This document shows, in pieces, positions 51,815-63,556 of a stretch of 64,000 bases of DNA. A model generated the notes under the pieces. It ran no database searches. It saw only the letters and a program-made list of their open reading frames with translations, and had not been told where the DNA came from. The stretch's first letter is position 1; each line of letters opens with the position of its first letter. The stretch comes from Nitrospirota bacterium (GTDB taxonomy: Bacteria > Nitrospirota > Leptospirillia > Leptospirillales > Leptospirillaceae). The position numbers were made by a program, and so were the translations under genes. The stretch spans positions 5,817-69,816 of the forward strand of contig JAJYGC010000020.1 of assembly GCA_021785195.1 (NCBI GenBank). The letters are read 5' to 3'.

Positions 51815-52365
51815 CTCCCACCGTCCGGGAAGGGGGATTCCTGTTCGATTTTTCCCGCGCCCTGGCCTGGGAACGGTTCGATTCGATGGGGCGGGCCATT
51901 CCGCAGGGAATGTCGATGGTCGACTTTGTCGTGGAAGAACCGGATCGGATGCTTCTGATCGAAGTGAAGGATCCCTTTCCTCGACCGGGATCGGATCCGC
52001 GGTTCAACAGGCGGGGAAAGGGTGGGATCTGGCCGGAGGGAGAAGGGTTCCGGATCGACCGGCTCATCCATCAGTCACTGGTCCCCAAGGTCCGTGACAG
52101 TTATACCTATCTTCACCTGATGGGGAAGGATGCCAAACCGGTCCTGTATGTTGTTCTGTTGGGGTTTGACCGGATCTTCCGCCAAAACGACCTGCTGGTC
52201 ATTTTCAAGGACCGCCTGTCTTCGCGACTGAGGCGGGAGGGACATCTTCCCTGGAAGCGTCCCTATGTCCGGGACTGTCTTGTCCTGGACCCGGATTGCT
52301 GGAGAAAATGGTTGCCGGAATATCCCCTTTTGAGGGTGGCCGATGACAGGAGGACAAAGGGATGA
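51811..52365 (+). CDS. PD-(D/E)xK nuclease-like protein, no family recognised
   Basis: VDFVVEEPDRMLLIEVKD gives D38...E51-V-K53 (nt 51922-51969) in the strand-strand context typical of the restriction-endonuclease fold. The GTG overlaps the ATPase stop (GTGA). Confidence 0.55.
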   Translation: MTPTVREGGFLFDFSRALAWERFDSMGRAIPQGMSMVDFVVEEPDRMLLIEVKDPFPRPGSDPRFNRRGKGGIWPEGEGFRIDRLIHQSLVPKVRDSYTYLHLMGKDAKPVLYVVLLGFDRIFRQNDLLVIFKDRLSSRLRREGHLPWKRPYVRDCLVLDPDCWRKWLPEYPLLRVADDRRTKG

Positions 52366-52381
52366 GCGTGCAATGAAAATC

Positions 52382-52390
52382 TGTTATAAT
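52382..52390 (+). promoter_or_regulatory. Extended -10 promoter element (TGTTATAAT)
   Basis: Exact TGnTATAAT, 155 nt upstream of the BI-1 family gene and 17 nt downstream of the preceding stop. Confidence 0.45.
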
Positions 52391-52544
52391 TTTCAAAAGG
52401 CAGGTTTTACCCGTGCCGGTGTGGTTCCACGGATTCGACCCGGGGTTGCGCTCATTACGGCCATATGGGGCTGCAACGATTTTTCCGGGAGCGCTGCGAG
52501 GGTCTCACCCCGGTCCCCAACAAAAACTGAATAAGGAGCGACGC

Positions 52545-53255
52545 ATGTTTGGAAATACAGGATTTGAAAAACGGTCTCCGTTTGCCGGAAATATTGTGGA
52601 CAGTCTGCCCAGTTCTTCCTCGATCGGGCAGTTCATGGTCAAGGTCTATGGCCTGCTCGCCCTGACCCTCCTCGTTTCGGCGGCATCCGCCGTTTGGGGG
52701 ATGGGGGCCGGTCTTCCGATGTTTGTCGGTCATCCCATCCTGATGGCGGTGGCCATGTTTGGAACCCTGTTCCTGTTGATGGCGGTTCAGCGCATTCCGG
52801 TGGTCAACATGCTCGTCATGTTCTTCTTTGCCGCCCTGATGGGTGCGTCGCTCGGGCCGATGCTGGCACAGGCCGTCCGCTTTCCGGGCGGAGAGACGAT
52901 GGTCGCGGACAGCCTTCTGATGACCACCGCCATTTTCTTTTCCCTGTCGCTGTACGCGCTGGTTTCCCGGAAAAGTTTCTCCTTCCTTGGAAGCTTCCTC
53001 TTTACGGGGCTGATCATTGTCGTTGTCCTGTCCGTGGTCCAGATTTTCTGGCATCCGCTGTTTCTCCAGGCGCTGGTCGCCGGGATGGGCGCACTGGTGT
53101 TTTCCGGATTGATCCTGTTCGATACGGCGCGGATCATGCAGTCGGCTGAAGGGGAGTTTACCCCGGTCATGGCGGTGGTGACGCTATATCTGGATGTGTT
53201 GAACCTGTTCATTTCCCTGCTCAGGATTTTCGAGCTGTTCCGGGGAGAGGAGTGA
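52545..53255 (+). CDS. BAX inhibitor-1 / YccA family membrane protein
   Basis: Start moved to ATG 52545, with AAGGAG 6 nt upstream. Seven hydrophobic segments, FMVKVYGLLALTLL, and the C-terminal LYLDVLNLFISLLRIF are typical of the family. Confidence 0.85.
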   Translation: MFGNTGFEKRSPFAGNIVDSLPSSSSIGQFMVKVYGLLALTLLVSAASAVWGMGAGLPMFVGHPILMAVAMFGTLFLLMAVQRIPVVNMLVMFFFAALMGASLGPMLAQAVRFPGGETMVADSLLMTTAIFFSLSLYALVSRKSFSFLGSFLFTGLIIVVVLSVVQIFWHPLFLQALVAGMGALVFSGLILFDTARIMQSAEGEFTPVMAVVTLYLDVLNLFISLLRIFELFRGEE

Positions 53256-53294
53256 CCCTCCCCCAGTTCTGACTGATTTATCGAAAGGGTTCCC

Positions 53295-54221
53295 ATGTTG
53301 AAAGAGTCCCAGTGGATTTGGATGGACGGGGCCCTTGTGCCCTGGAAAGAGGCGAACGTCCATGTCCTGACGCATTCCCTGCACTATGCCATGGCTGTCT
53401 TCGAGGGGATCCGGGCTTACGAAGGTCCCCACGGAACGCATGTGTTCCGCCTGAAGGAGCATATCGATCGATTGATCAATTCCGGGAAGGTCATGCACAT
53501 GGCCTCCCCCTTCACCGCGTCGGACCTGATCCAGGCGACTGTCGAGACGGTCGGCCGCAACAGCCTTTCGTCCTGCTATATCCGTCCCATCATGTACGTC
53601 GGGTACGGGGACATGGGGATTTATGCGCGACAGAACCCCATCAGGGTCTCCATTGCCGCATGGGAATGGGGAACCTACCTTGGGGAGGAAGGTCTTTCCA
53701 GGGGGATCCGGGCCAAGGTCAGCTCCTATCAGAGGTTTGGAGTCAACTCCTTCCTGAACCGCGCGAAGGTTTCGGCCCATTATGTGAACTCCCAGCTGGC
53801 CAAGTGGGAAGTCAAGATGGCCGGGTACGATGAGGCGATCCTGCTCGATCATGAAGGGTTCGTTGCAGAGGGTCCGGGGGAGAACATCTTTATCGTTTCG
53901 GACGGGGTATTGCGCACGCCGGTCCTGAAAACCGTTTTGGACGGAATTACCCGTGACGCCATCATGACCCTGGCTCGGGAAGAGGGCATCCGCGTTTCCG
54001 AGGAAATTCTGACCCGGGACGATCTCTATCTGGCGGACGAGGCGTTTTTTACCGGAACGGCTGCCGAGGTCACGCCCATCCGGGAAATCGACGAACGGAT
54101 GATCGGTTCCGGAAAGCCGGGACCTGTCACCCTCAGGCTCCAGAAGCTTTTCTTCGACGTGGTCCGGGGCATTTCTCCCATTCATCCGGAATGGCGTCAC
54201 CCGGTCATTCCGGGCCAGTAG
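53295..54221 (+). CDS. ilvE: Branched-chain amino acid aminotransferase
   Basis: WMDGALVPWKEANVHVLTHSLHYAMAVFEGIRAY, plus EGPGENIF and FFTGTAAEVTPI. Confidence 0.92.
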   Translation: MLKESQWIWMDGALVPWKEANVHVLTHSLHYAMAVFEGIRAYEGPHGTHVFRLKEHIDRLINSGKVMHMASPFTASDLIQATVETVGRNSLSSCYIRPIMYVGYGDMGIYARQNPIRVSIAAWEWGTYLGEEGLSRGIRAKVSSYQRFGVNSFLNRAKVSAHYVNSQLAKWEVKMAGYDEAILLDHEGFVAEGPGENIFIVSDGVLRTPVLKTVLDGITRDAIMTLAREEGIRVSEEILTRDDLYLADEAFFTGTAAEVTPIREIDERMIGSGKPGPVTLRLQKLFFDVVRGISPIHPEWRHPVIPGQ

Positions 54222-54225
54222 AGGG

Positions 54226-56889
54226 TTGAAGCTCACCCCTCCGAGGCGGACCGGCAAGGATCCTGGGCCGCCCCCCTGGGCCCCGGGTCTTCCGGGGAGG
54301 ACCCTGTTTCTCCTCGACGGGTTCGGATATATTTTCCGGGCCTACTACAGTCGCGTTTCCTTCACGACCCGTTCCGGCATTCCGACCGGTGCCCTGACTG
54401 TTTTCGCCAACATGATCCTCTCCCTTCTCAAGGATCTTGGTCCGTCCTACATGGCTGTCGTGTTTGAGAGCCGGACCGGAAACGTTCGCTCGGAGATTCT
54501 TCCCCAGATCAAGGCCAACCGTCCCGAACCGGCCCCGGATTTTCTGATCCAGATTCCCTACATCGAACGGCTGATCGAGGGATTGGGGATCCCGCTCCTG
54601 TCCACCGACGGGTACGAGGCGGACGACACGATTGCCGCGCTGGCGCGGATCTGGCTGGAAGAGGGGGACCGCCAGTCGATCCCCTCGCAGGTCATTGTGC
54701 TGTCGGCGGACAAGGACTTGCTGGCGATGGTGAATGATCGTGTCTTTGTGTTCGATCCGATGAACCTGAAACTGATCCGTCCGGAGAACGTCCGGGAAAA
54801 ATGGGGAGTGGACCCGGTCCAGATCCCGGATCTGCTCGCGATCACCGGGGATTCGGCGGACAATATCCCCGGCGTTCCGGGCATTGGGCCGAAAACGGCG
54901 GCCAAGCTCCTGGAAGGCGGGAAAACGATCGACGATCTCTATGCCCATCTGGAGGAGGTGTCCGGCGACCGGATCCGCAATCTTCTGGTCGAAAACCGGG
55001 ACAATGTCTTTCGGAACAAGTCGGTGACGATCCTTCATTCCGCCCTTCCGCTCTCCGGGGATGAGCAATCCCTCAAGCGGGGAAGACCGGATGTTCCGGG
55101 CCTCAAGGGGCTTCTGGAAGAACTGGAAGCCCCCGGACTCTTTGCCCGGATCCAGAAATGGGCGCAGGGAACCCATGAATCCCAAGGCTCCCAAGAAACT
55201 GGAGGGTCATTGCCCAAAGGGGACGATGGGGCCCGGTCTTCACCTCTTCCGGCCCTTCAGGCAGTCGAGGCCGCAAGCGGGATGGAGGAAGAAGGGTTTC
55301 CCGGATTTCCCGAACGGGGCATTGATTTTTTGCCCGGTCAGGGGTTGTGGCGTTACGAGGGAGAGTCTGTCCGGTTTTTCCCATTGTCGGAGTCCCTGGA
55401 CATCCAGGCATGGATGGAAGAATGGAGCCGGGAGCCCCGGACCGTCTGGTGCGTGGATCAGTCGTCCTTGTTCCGGGAAGTGGAGGCGTTTGCCTCCTGC
55501 CGCCTGAATGTGTCCTTCGACGGGGTGCTGGCGGCCTATCTCCTCGACCCGGGCCACAGGGGATACACGCTGGAAGAAATCGCGACCCGCCTTTTTGTGG
55601 ATCCGGTGGATGACCGTCCCCGGATGGTTCGGCAGATCATGGGACGGCTGTGGACCGGTGTGCACAGGGCCGGACTGGGCAAACTCCTTTTCGAGGTCGA
55701 AATTCCCTTGGGCCGGATTCTCCACCGGATGGAGAAAGCGGGCATCCGGATCGACCTTGGGGCCCTGGGAAGGGCCAAGGACCGGATCGAGGAACGGATT
55801 TCATCGCTGGAGAAGGAAGTGTTTGCCCTGGCCGGCGGGCCGTTTGCGATCCTTTCTCCGAAGCAGGTGGGAGAAGTCCTTTACGGGAAGTTGGGGTTGC
55901 CGACGGCCCGAAAGGGAAAGACAGGATATTCGACCGACGAGGAAACCCTTCTGGCGCTGTCCGGCCTCCATCCCCTTCCGGAGAAGATCCTGGCTTACCG
56001 GCAGATGAAGAAACTCCTGTCCACCTATGTGGACCCCATCGAGCGGGGACGGGATGTGACCGGAAGGCTTCATGGACAGTTCAACCAGACGATTGCCGCG
56101 ACCGGAAGGCTGTCTTCTTCCAATCCGAATCTTCAGAATATTCCCGCAAGGTCCGAAGTGGGTCTTGAGATCCGTCGCTGCTTTGTGGCGGAGGAGGGGA
56201 TGCGGCTCCTGTCGGCGGATTATTCCCAGATTGAATTGCGGCTCCTGGCCCATTTCACGAAGGATCCGGAACTTCTGGGATCGTTCGCCCGGAACGAGGA
56301 CATCCACGCGAGAACCGCGCGGCTCCTGTTCGGGGAACCGGTCACCAGCGAAACCCGGCGCAAGGCGAAGACGATCAATTTCGGGGTCCTGTACGGGATG
56401 TCGGCGTTCAGCCTCGCTTCCGACCTGGGGGTCCAGGCGGATGAAGCGCGCGATTTCATCGACCGGTATTTCGGGGCATTCCCGTTGGTCGGCCCATTCT
56501 TTGAGCAGATCCTGGAAGGGGCCCGGAAGACCGGAGAGGTCAGGACCATCCTGGGAAGGCTCCGGAAGATTCCGGAGCTCAAGGCCCCGGATCGCCGGAA
56601 CCGGGAATACGGGGAACGCATGGCGATCAATACGGTCCTTCAGGGTTCCGCCGCGGATCTGATCAAGAAATCGATGGTGGACATCGCCCGGGAGCAGGAA
56701 CGCAACGGCTTGCCGGGGACCCTCCTGATCCAGGTCCATGACGAGCTCTTGTTCGAGGTGCCGCAAGACCGGGTCGGAGAATCCGGGGACCGGATCCGGT
56801 CCCTGATGGAACGGTCGATCGCCCTCGAAGTGCCGCTGGTGGTGCAGGTCGGCAGCGGAATGAACTGGGTGGAAGCACATCCCGGATGA
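54226..56889 (+). CDS. polA: DNA polymerase I (3'-5' exonuclease motif I degenerate)
   Basis: 5'-nuclease LLDGFGYIFRAYY. Polymerase motifs LLSADYSQIELRLLAH, RRKAKTINFGVLYGMS and QVHDELLFE. The Exo I position reads CVDQSS (55456-55464) instead of D-x-E. TTG start, uncertain. Confidence 0.9.
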   Translation: MKLTPPRRTGKDPGPPPWAPGLPGRTLFLLDGFGYIFRAYYSRVSFTTRSGIPTGALTVFANMILSLLKDLGPSYMAVVFESRTGNVRSEILPQIKANRPEPAPDFLIQIPYIERLIEGLGIPLLSTDGYEADDTIAALARIWLEEGDRQSIPSQVIVLSADKDLLAMVNDRVFVFDPMNLKLIRPENVREKWGVDPVQIPDLLAITGDSADNIPGVPGIGPKTAAKLLEGGKTIDDLYAHLEEVSGDRIRNLLVENRDNVFRNKSVTILHSALPLSGDEQSLKRGRPDVPGLKGLLEELEAPGLFARIQKWAQGTHESQGSQETGGSLPKGDDGARSSPLPALQAVEAASGMEEEGFPGFPERGIDFLPGQGLWRYEGESVRFFPLSESLDIQAWMEEWSREPRTVWCVDQSSLFREVEAFASCRLNVSFDGVLAAYLLDPGHRGYTLEEIATRLFVDPVDDRPRMVRQIMGRLWTGVHRAGLGKLLFEVEIPLGRILHRMEKAGIRIDLGALGRAKDRIEERISSLEKEVFALAGGPFAILSPKQVGEVLYGKLGLPTARKGKTGYSTDEETLLALSGLHPLPEKILAYRQMKKLLSTYVDPIERGRDVTGRLHGQFNQTIAATGRLSSSNPNLQNIPARSEVGLEIRRCFVAEEGMRLLSADYSQIELRLLAHFTKDPELLGSFARNEDIHARTARLLFGEPVTSETRRKAKTINFGVLYGMSAFSLASDLGVQADEARDFIDRYFGAFPLVGPFFEQILEGARKTGEVRTILGRLRKIPELKAPDRRNREYGERMAINTVLQGSAADLIKKSMVDIAREQERNGLPGTLLIQVHDELLFEVPQDRVGESGDRIRSLMERSIALEVPLVVQVGSGMNWVEAHPG

Positions 56890-56899
56890 TCCAAAATGA

Positions 56900-57622
56900 A
56901 TGGCATGTTTTGAGCAGAAAGGAATTCTGATGGAACTTCGGGGGACCCTGGACCGTCATGCGCTTCTGGAGGGGATGAACCTCCAGATGCTGGGTCTGGG
57001 TGTGGGAACGGCCCTGGTGGCAATCGTGATCGCCGCGATCGGGACAGCGATCATCCTCCGGAACGCACGGGGAAGCGAGTCTCATGGAAAGATCCTGAAG
57101 TGGGCCCGGATCGCCTGGGTCGGTTTTGTGTTTTACCTGGTCGCCTATATCGGATATTTTGTCCATAAGAGCTCTCCCGAGAAGGTGTCGTATCCCTTTG
57201 TTCCGGGTGACCAAATGGTGGCGAAGGGGGACTACAACGGGGCCATCAAGTTCTATGCCGGGATCGCCAAGGAGTATCCCGACATGGCCTTGGCCCATTT
57301 CAAGCTGGGAATGGCGCTGAGGATGGTCAAGGCCATCCCTCAGTCGGTCAAGGAACTCAAGCTTGCCATCCGGGATGATCCGGATCAGCCGGAGCCTTAT
57401 TTCGCCCTGGGTTCCATCCTGTGGACGCAGGGAACTTCCCAGGACGCCATGCCGTATTTCCGGAAAGGACTTGAACTGGATCCCCAGAACCGTCAGAAAG
57501 CCTTTTTCATGCAGATCATCCATCGGGGTGAACTGGAACAGAAGGGCCAGCTCAAGCCGGGATCCGAAACCCGTCCGAAACTGTCCCCGGCGGCTCCGGC
57601 CTCCCATGTGGGGACGCCATGA
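56900..57622 (+). CDS. Membrane-anchored TPR repeat protein
   Basis: One TM (LGLGVGTALVAIVIAAIGTAIIL) followed by TPR-like repeats (GDYNGAIKFYAGIAKEYPDMALAHFKLGMAL...PYFALGSILWTQG). Confidence 0.65.
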   Translation: MACFEQKGILMELRGTLDRHALLEGMNLQMLGLGVGTALVAIVIAAIGTAIILRNARGSESHGKILKWARIAWVGFVFYLVAYIGYFVHKSSPEKVSYPFVPGDQMVAKGDYNGAIKFYAGIAKEYPDMALAHFKLGMALRMVKAIPQSVKELKLAIRDDPDQPEPYFALGSILWTQGTSQDAMPYFRKGLELDPQNRQKAFFMQIIHRGELEQKGQLKPGSETRPKLSPAAPASHVGTP

Positions 57623-58086
57623 TCCTTCCGTTCCGGACCCGGTTCACGATTTTGCTGGTGACCTTTCCCGGATTGCTGGACATGGTCTGGATTTTCGAAC
57701 GATTTCTGGGCCTTCCCGTCCGTTATCGTCATCCGGGCCTGATTGTCCCGGAAGTGCTTCTCCTGGTCGCATTCCTGGGCCTCATCATGTGGAGCTTCGT
57801 CGTCCGGTGGCTCGGCAAGAAAGAGACGGTCATCCTTCTGGGAGTCTCGCTGGGAATGGCCCTGGCCGGTTTTCTGCGACTTCTGTGGATCGTTTGGTCC
57901 CCGCTTTCGGACCCGCTTCTGAAACCCCATCTCTTCGAGGTGGGAGGGCTGGTGACCGGTTCGTTGATCCTCGGGATCGAGGCTGAGTCGGGTCGTCGTT
58001 ATTTTGTCCGTCAGGAACGGAAGGCGCGGGAGGAAGGCTCGAAGGGCGCTGGTTCGCCCTCCCCTGCGTCTGGAAAAAGACGATGA
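57619..58086 (+). CDS. Hypothetical polytopic membrane protein
   Basis: About four hydrophobic segments and a basic C-terminal tail. ATGA overlaps at both ends. Confidence 0.55.
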   Translation: MILPFRTRFTILLVTFPGLLDMVWIFERFLGLPVRYRHPGLIVPEVLLLVAFLGLIMWSFVVRWLGKKETVILLGVSLGMALAGFLRLLWIVWSPLSDPLLKPHLFEVGGLVTGSLILGIEAESGRRYFVRQERKAREEGSKGAGSPSPASGKRR

Positions 58087-58688
58087 TCGTGGTTGGACTG
58101 ACCGGGGGCATCGCCTCCGGAAAGTCCCATGTGGCCAGGTTCTTTGAGGAAGAGGGGGTGCCGGTCATTCATTCCGACCGGCTAGCGCGGGACGTGGTGG
58201 CGATTGGCTCTCCCGGACTGGAAGCCGTTCTGGAGGCGTTCCCCGGGGTTCGTTGCCCCGACGGATCGCTGGACCGGAAAGAAATGGCCCGGAGGATTTT
58301 TGATTCTTCCGAAGATCGACGCCGCCTTGAGGCGATCCTGCATCCCCGGATTCGCGACCTGTTCCACAAACGGCTGAAGGAGATGGGCGATTCGCTTCCG
58401 GTGGCTGTCTACGAGGTGCCTCTCCTGTTCGAAACCGGAATGGACCTGGAGGTGGACATGACGGTGGTGGTGGACGTTCCGGAGTCTGTCCAGGTCGACC
58501 GGCTGGTCCGTCGGGACGGTCTCTCCCCCGATGACGCCCAAAAACGCATCAGGGCCCAGTGGAGCCGGGAGGACCGGAACCGGAAGGCGGACTGCATCCT
58601 TTCCGGGACGTTGGAAGAGGACCGGCTCCGGGAAGAGATCCGTGGGATCCTGAGACGGGCAGCACTCTCCGGAAAAACAGTGAAATGA
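58083..58688 (+). CDS. coaE: Dephospho-CoA kinase
   Basis: IVVGLTGGIASGKSHV P-loop, AILHPRI and YEVPLLFE. Confidence 0.9.
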   Translation: MIVVGLTGGIASGKSHVARFFEEEGVPVIHSDRLARDVVAIGSPGLEAVLEAFPGVRCPDGSLDRKEMARRIFDSSEDRRRLEAILHPRIRDLFHKRLKEMGDSLPVAVYEVPLLFETGMDLEVDMTVVVDVPESVQVDRLVRRDGLSPDDAQKRIRAQWSREDRNRKADCILSGTLEEDRLREEIRGILRRAALSGKTVK

Positions 58689-58713
58689 GATTCCAGACCG
58701 ATAGGAGGAACGG

Positions 58714-59603
58714 GTGAAAGAAGAGGTCAGGAAGGCCATTTTCCCGCTGGCAGGGCATGGAACCCGATTTCTCCCCATGACAAAGGCCTCTCCCAAGGAG
58801 ATGCTGCCACTGGTGGACAAACCCGTCGTGCAGTATGTTGTGGAGGAGGCGGTCGCGTCGGGGATTGGTGAGATCATCATGATCACCGGCAGGGGGAAGC
58901 GGGCTATTGAAGACCATTTTGACATCTCCTACGAGCTCGAGGATGTCCTCATGAAAAAGGGGAAACTGGCCCTCCTGGAAGAGGTGAGGAAAATCTCGGA
59001 TCTGGCGGAGATCGTCTACACCCGCCAGAAAGAGTCCAAGGGACTGGGCCACGCTGTCCTTTGCGGCCGTCAGCTGATCGGAAGCGAACCGTTCGCGGTG
59101 GCGCTGGGCGACGAAGTGATCGATGGTCCCGAACCGGCGCTTTCCCAGCTGGTTAGCGTCTTCCACCGGGTGAATGGTCCGGTCATCGGGGTCCAGCGGG
59201 TTCCGAAGGCGGACGTGCCGTTTTATGGCATCGCGGCGGGGCAGCAGCTGGAGGAAGGATTGATCCGGATCGACTCTCTTGTGGAAAAGCCCAGTGTCGA
59301 GGACGCTCCCTCGGATCTGGCGGTCATCGGCCGTTATGTCCTGACCGCGGATATCTTCGAAATTCTGGAAACCCAGCAGCCGGGCGTGGGGGGTGAAATT
59401 CAGCTGACCGACGCGTTGCGGACGCTGTCCGGAAAAAGGCCGATCTACGCTTACGAGGTCAAGGGCCACCGATATGATACAGGAGACAAATTGGGATTTT
59501 TAAAGGCGACGGTCCAGTTCGGTCTGAAAAACCCGGATCTGGGGGGAGTGTTCCGGGAATACCTGGAACGGATTCTTTCATTGTCTGACGGTGCGGAGGG
59601 TCG

Positions 59604-59607
<4 letters not shown>
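58714..59607 (+). CDS. galU: UTP--glucose-1-phosphate uridylyltransferase
   Basis: [31 protein letters not shown], plus GLGHAVL and the VEKP motif. GTG start. Confidence 0.92.
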
Positions 59608-62052
<2,445 letters not shown>

Positions 62053-62063
<11 letters not shown>

Positions 62064-63090
62064 CTGGATCCGCGGGTTTGCCTTGCGGCTCGGCGCTCCC
62101 CCGCCCCGTGTCCTTCGGGGAATCGGTGACGATGCGGCCTGCCTTCAGGTTCCCGAGGGCCAAAACCTTCTCTGGACCACGGATTCCCAGCGGGAAGGGG
62201 TCCATTTCCGATGGGACTGGATGTCTCCCGAAGATGTGGGGTACCGGCTCTTCATCGCCAATCTGAGTGACATCCTGGCCAAAGGCGGGGTTCCCTATGC
62301 GGCGCTGTCCGCCATCGGGGTCCCCGCCGGGTTTCCGGAGGCCGACCTGATGTCGTTTTATGAGGGGCTTGCCCAGGTCAGCCACCGGTTCGACTGCCCG
62401 GTGGTCGGAGGGGACATTGCCCGTTCCCCCGATGGGTTCAATGCCGTTCTGTCCCTTCTGGGAACCGCCTCTCCCGGACGATTCCCGGGGCGGGAAGGGT
62501 TGTCCCCCGGTGATTCCCTTTTTCTTGTGGGGACACCGGGGTTGGCCAGGGCCGGGTACCTCGCCTGTCGCGACTGCCTTTTCTCCAATTCCCTTCTCTC
62601 GCCGGCCATCGAAGCCTTCAGGAGGCCCCGCACCTATCCCTGGATGGCCGATTTCGTTCGGGAGGAAAAGGCTCTGTCTGCCGCAATGGATACCTCAGAT
62701 GGGCTGGGACAGGCGGTTTTTGAAATGGCATTCCAATCCGGAGTCTCTGTTTTGCTGGATCCGCCCCCGGGTTGGCTGGCCCATCTGGAACCATTTGCAG
62801 GACTCCTGGGGCAGGATCCCTTCCGGCTTGCCTGGCAAGGGGGAGAGGACTACGACCTTCTGCTGGGTCTGCGGGGGGACGGGGAGGCGGGGCTTGGCGG
62901 TCTCCCGGTCAATCTGGTCAGTCGAATTGAGCGTTGTCTGGAGGGGACGCCGGCCCGGATTGTCCGGATCGGAAGTGTCATCGCGGGGAAAACCGGAGAC
63001 CAACAGGAAAAGGGGGCGGTATTGATCAAGAAACCCGACGGAAGCGTCGAACCTCTGGAAAGGGTCGGCTTTGATCACACCCGGAACTAA
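62053..63090 (+). CDS. thiL: Thiamine-monophosphate kinase
   Basis: [27 protein letters not shown], and GGEDYDLL. Confidence 0.88.
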
Positions 63091-63556
63091 TTATCAGCTG
63101 TGGAAGAAGAGGCTGACGGACCTTGTCATGAAAGATCCCGATCCGAAGAAGGTTTCCCTGGCGATGGCCCTGGGCTTTGCCGCCGCGTTCCTTCCGCCGT
63201 TCGGGTTCCATACGGTTCTGGTGATGGTGGTCGGATACTTTCTGGGAATCTCCGTTCCCCTGGCGGTGCTGGGAACCTGGATCAACAATCCCTGGACCTT
63301 CATCCCCCTTTTTCTCCCGGCCTATGTCCTTGAAATCAACCTGGGGGCCCTCCTTCTCCACCGGAAGATCCATTTCCCCTCATTGGGGACGCTGTCCCGC
63401 ATGCCTTACGAGACCATCCTGACACAGGTCAAACTGGTGCTCTGGCCACTGGTCGTAGGAAGCATCGTGATGTCCGGGGGGGTCTTCATCCTTTCTTTTT
63501 TTTCAACGTACGGGTTTTTGAAATTCCGGAAGAAAATCCCTTCTTCAACACCATGA
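63071..63556 (+). CDS. DUF2062 family membrane protein
   Basis: PKKVSLAMALGFAAAFLPPFGFHTVLV...NNPWTFIP is the DUF2062 pattern. The start is uncertain: TTG 63071 overlaps thiL, and ATG 63128 is an alternative. Confidence 0.65.
   Translation: MITPGTNYQLWKKRLTDLVMKDPDPKKVSLAMALGFAAAFLPPFGFHTVLVMVVGYFLGISVPLAVLGTWINNPWTFIPLFLPAYVLEINLGALLLHRKIHFPSLGTLSRMPYETILTQVKLVLWPLVVGSIVMSGGVFILSFFSTYGFLKFRKKIPSSTP

Noticed and set aside
52411-52460. tmRNA (ssrA) gene suggested by GGATTCGAC
   Set aside because: Only the short 5' motif is present. The BI-1 gene starts ~105 nt downstream, and there is no tag ORF, no pseudoknots and no tRNA-like 3' end (TΨC arm, CCA). It is kept only as part of a structured-leader observation.
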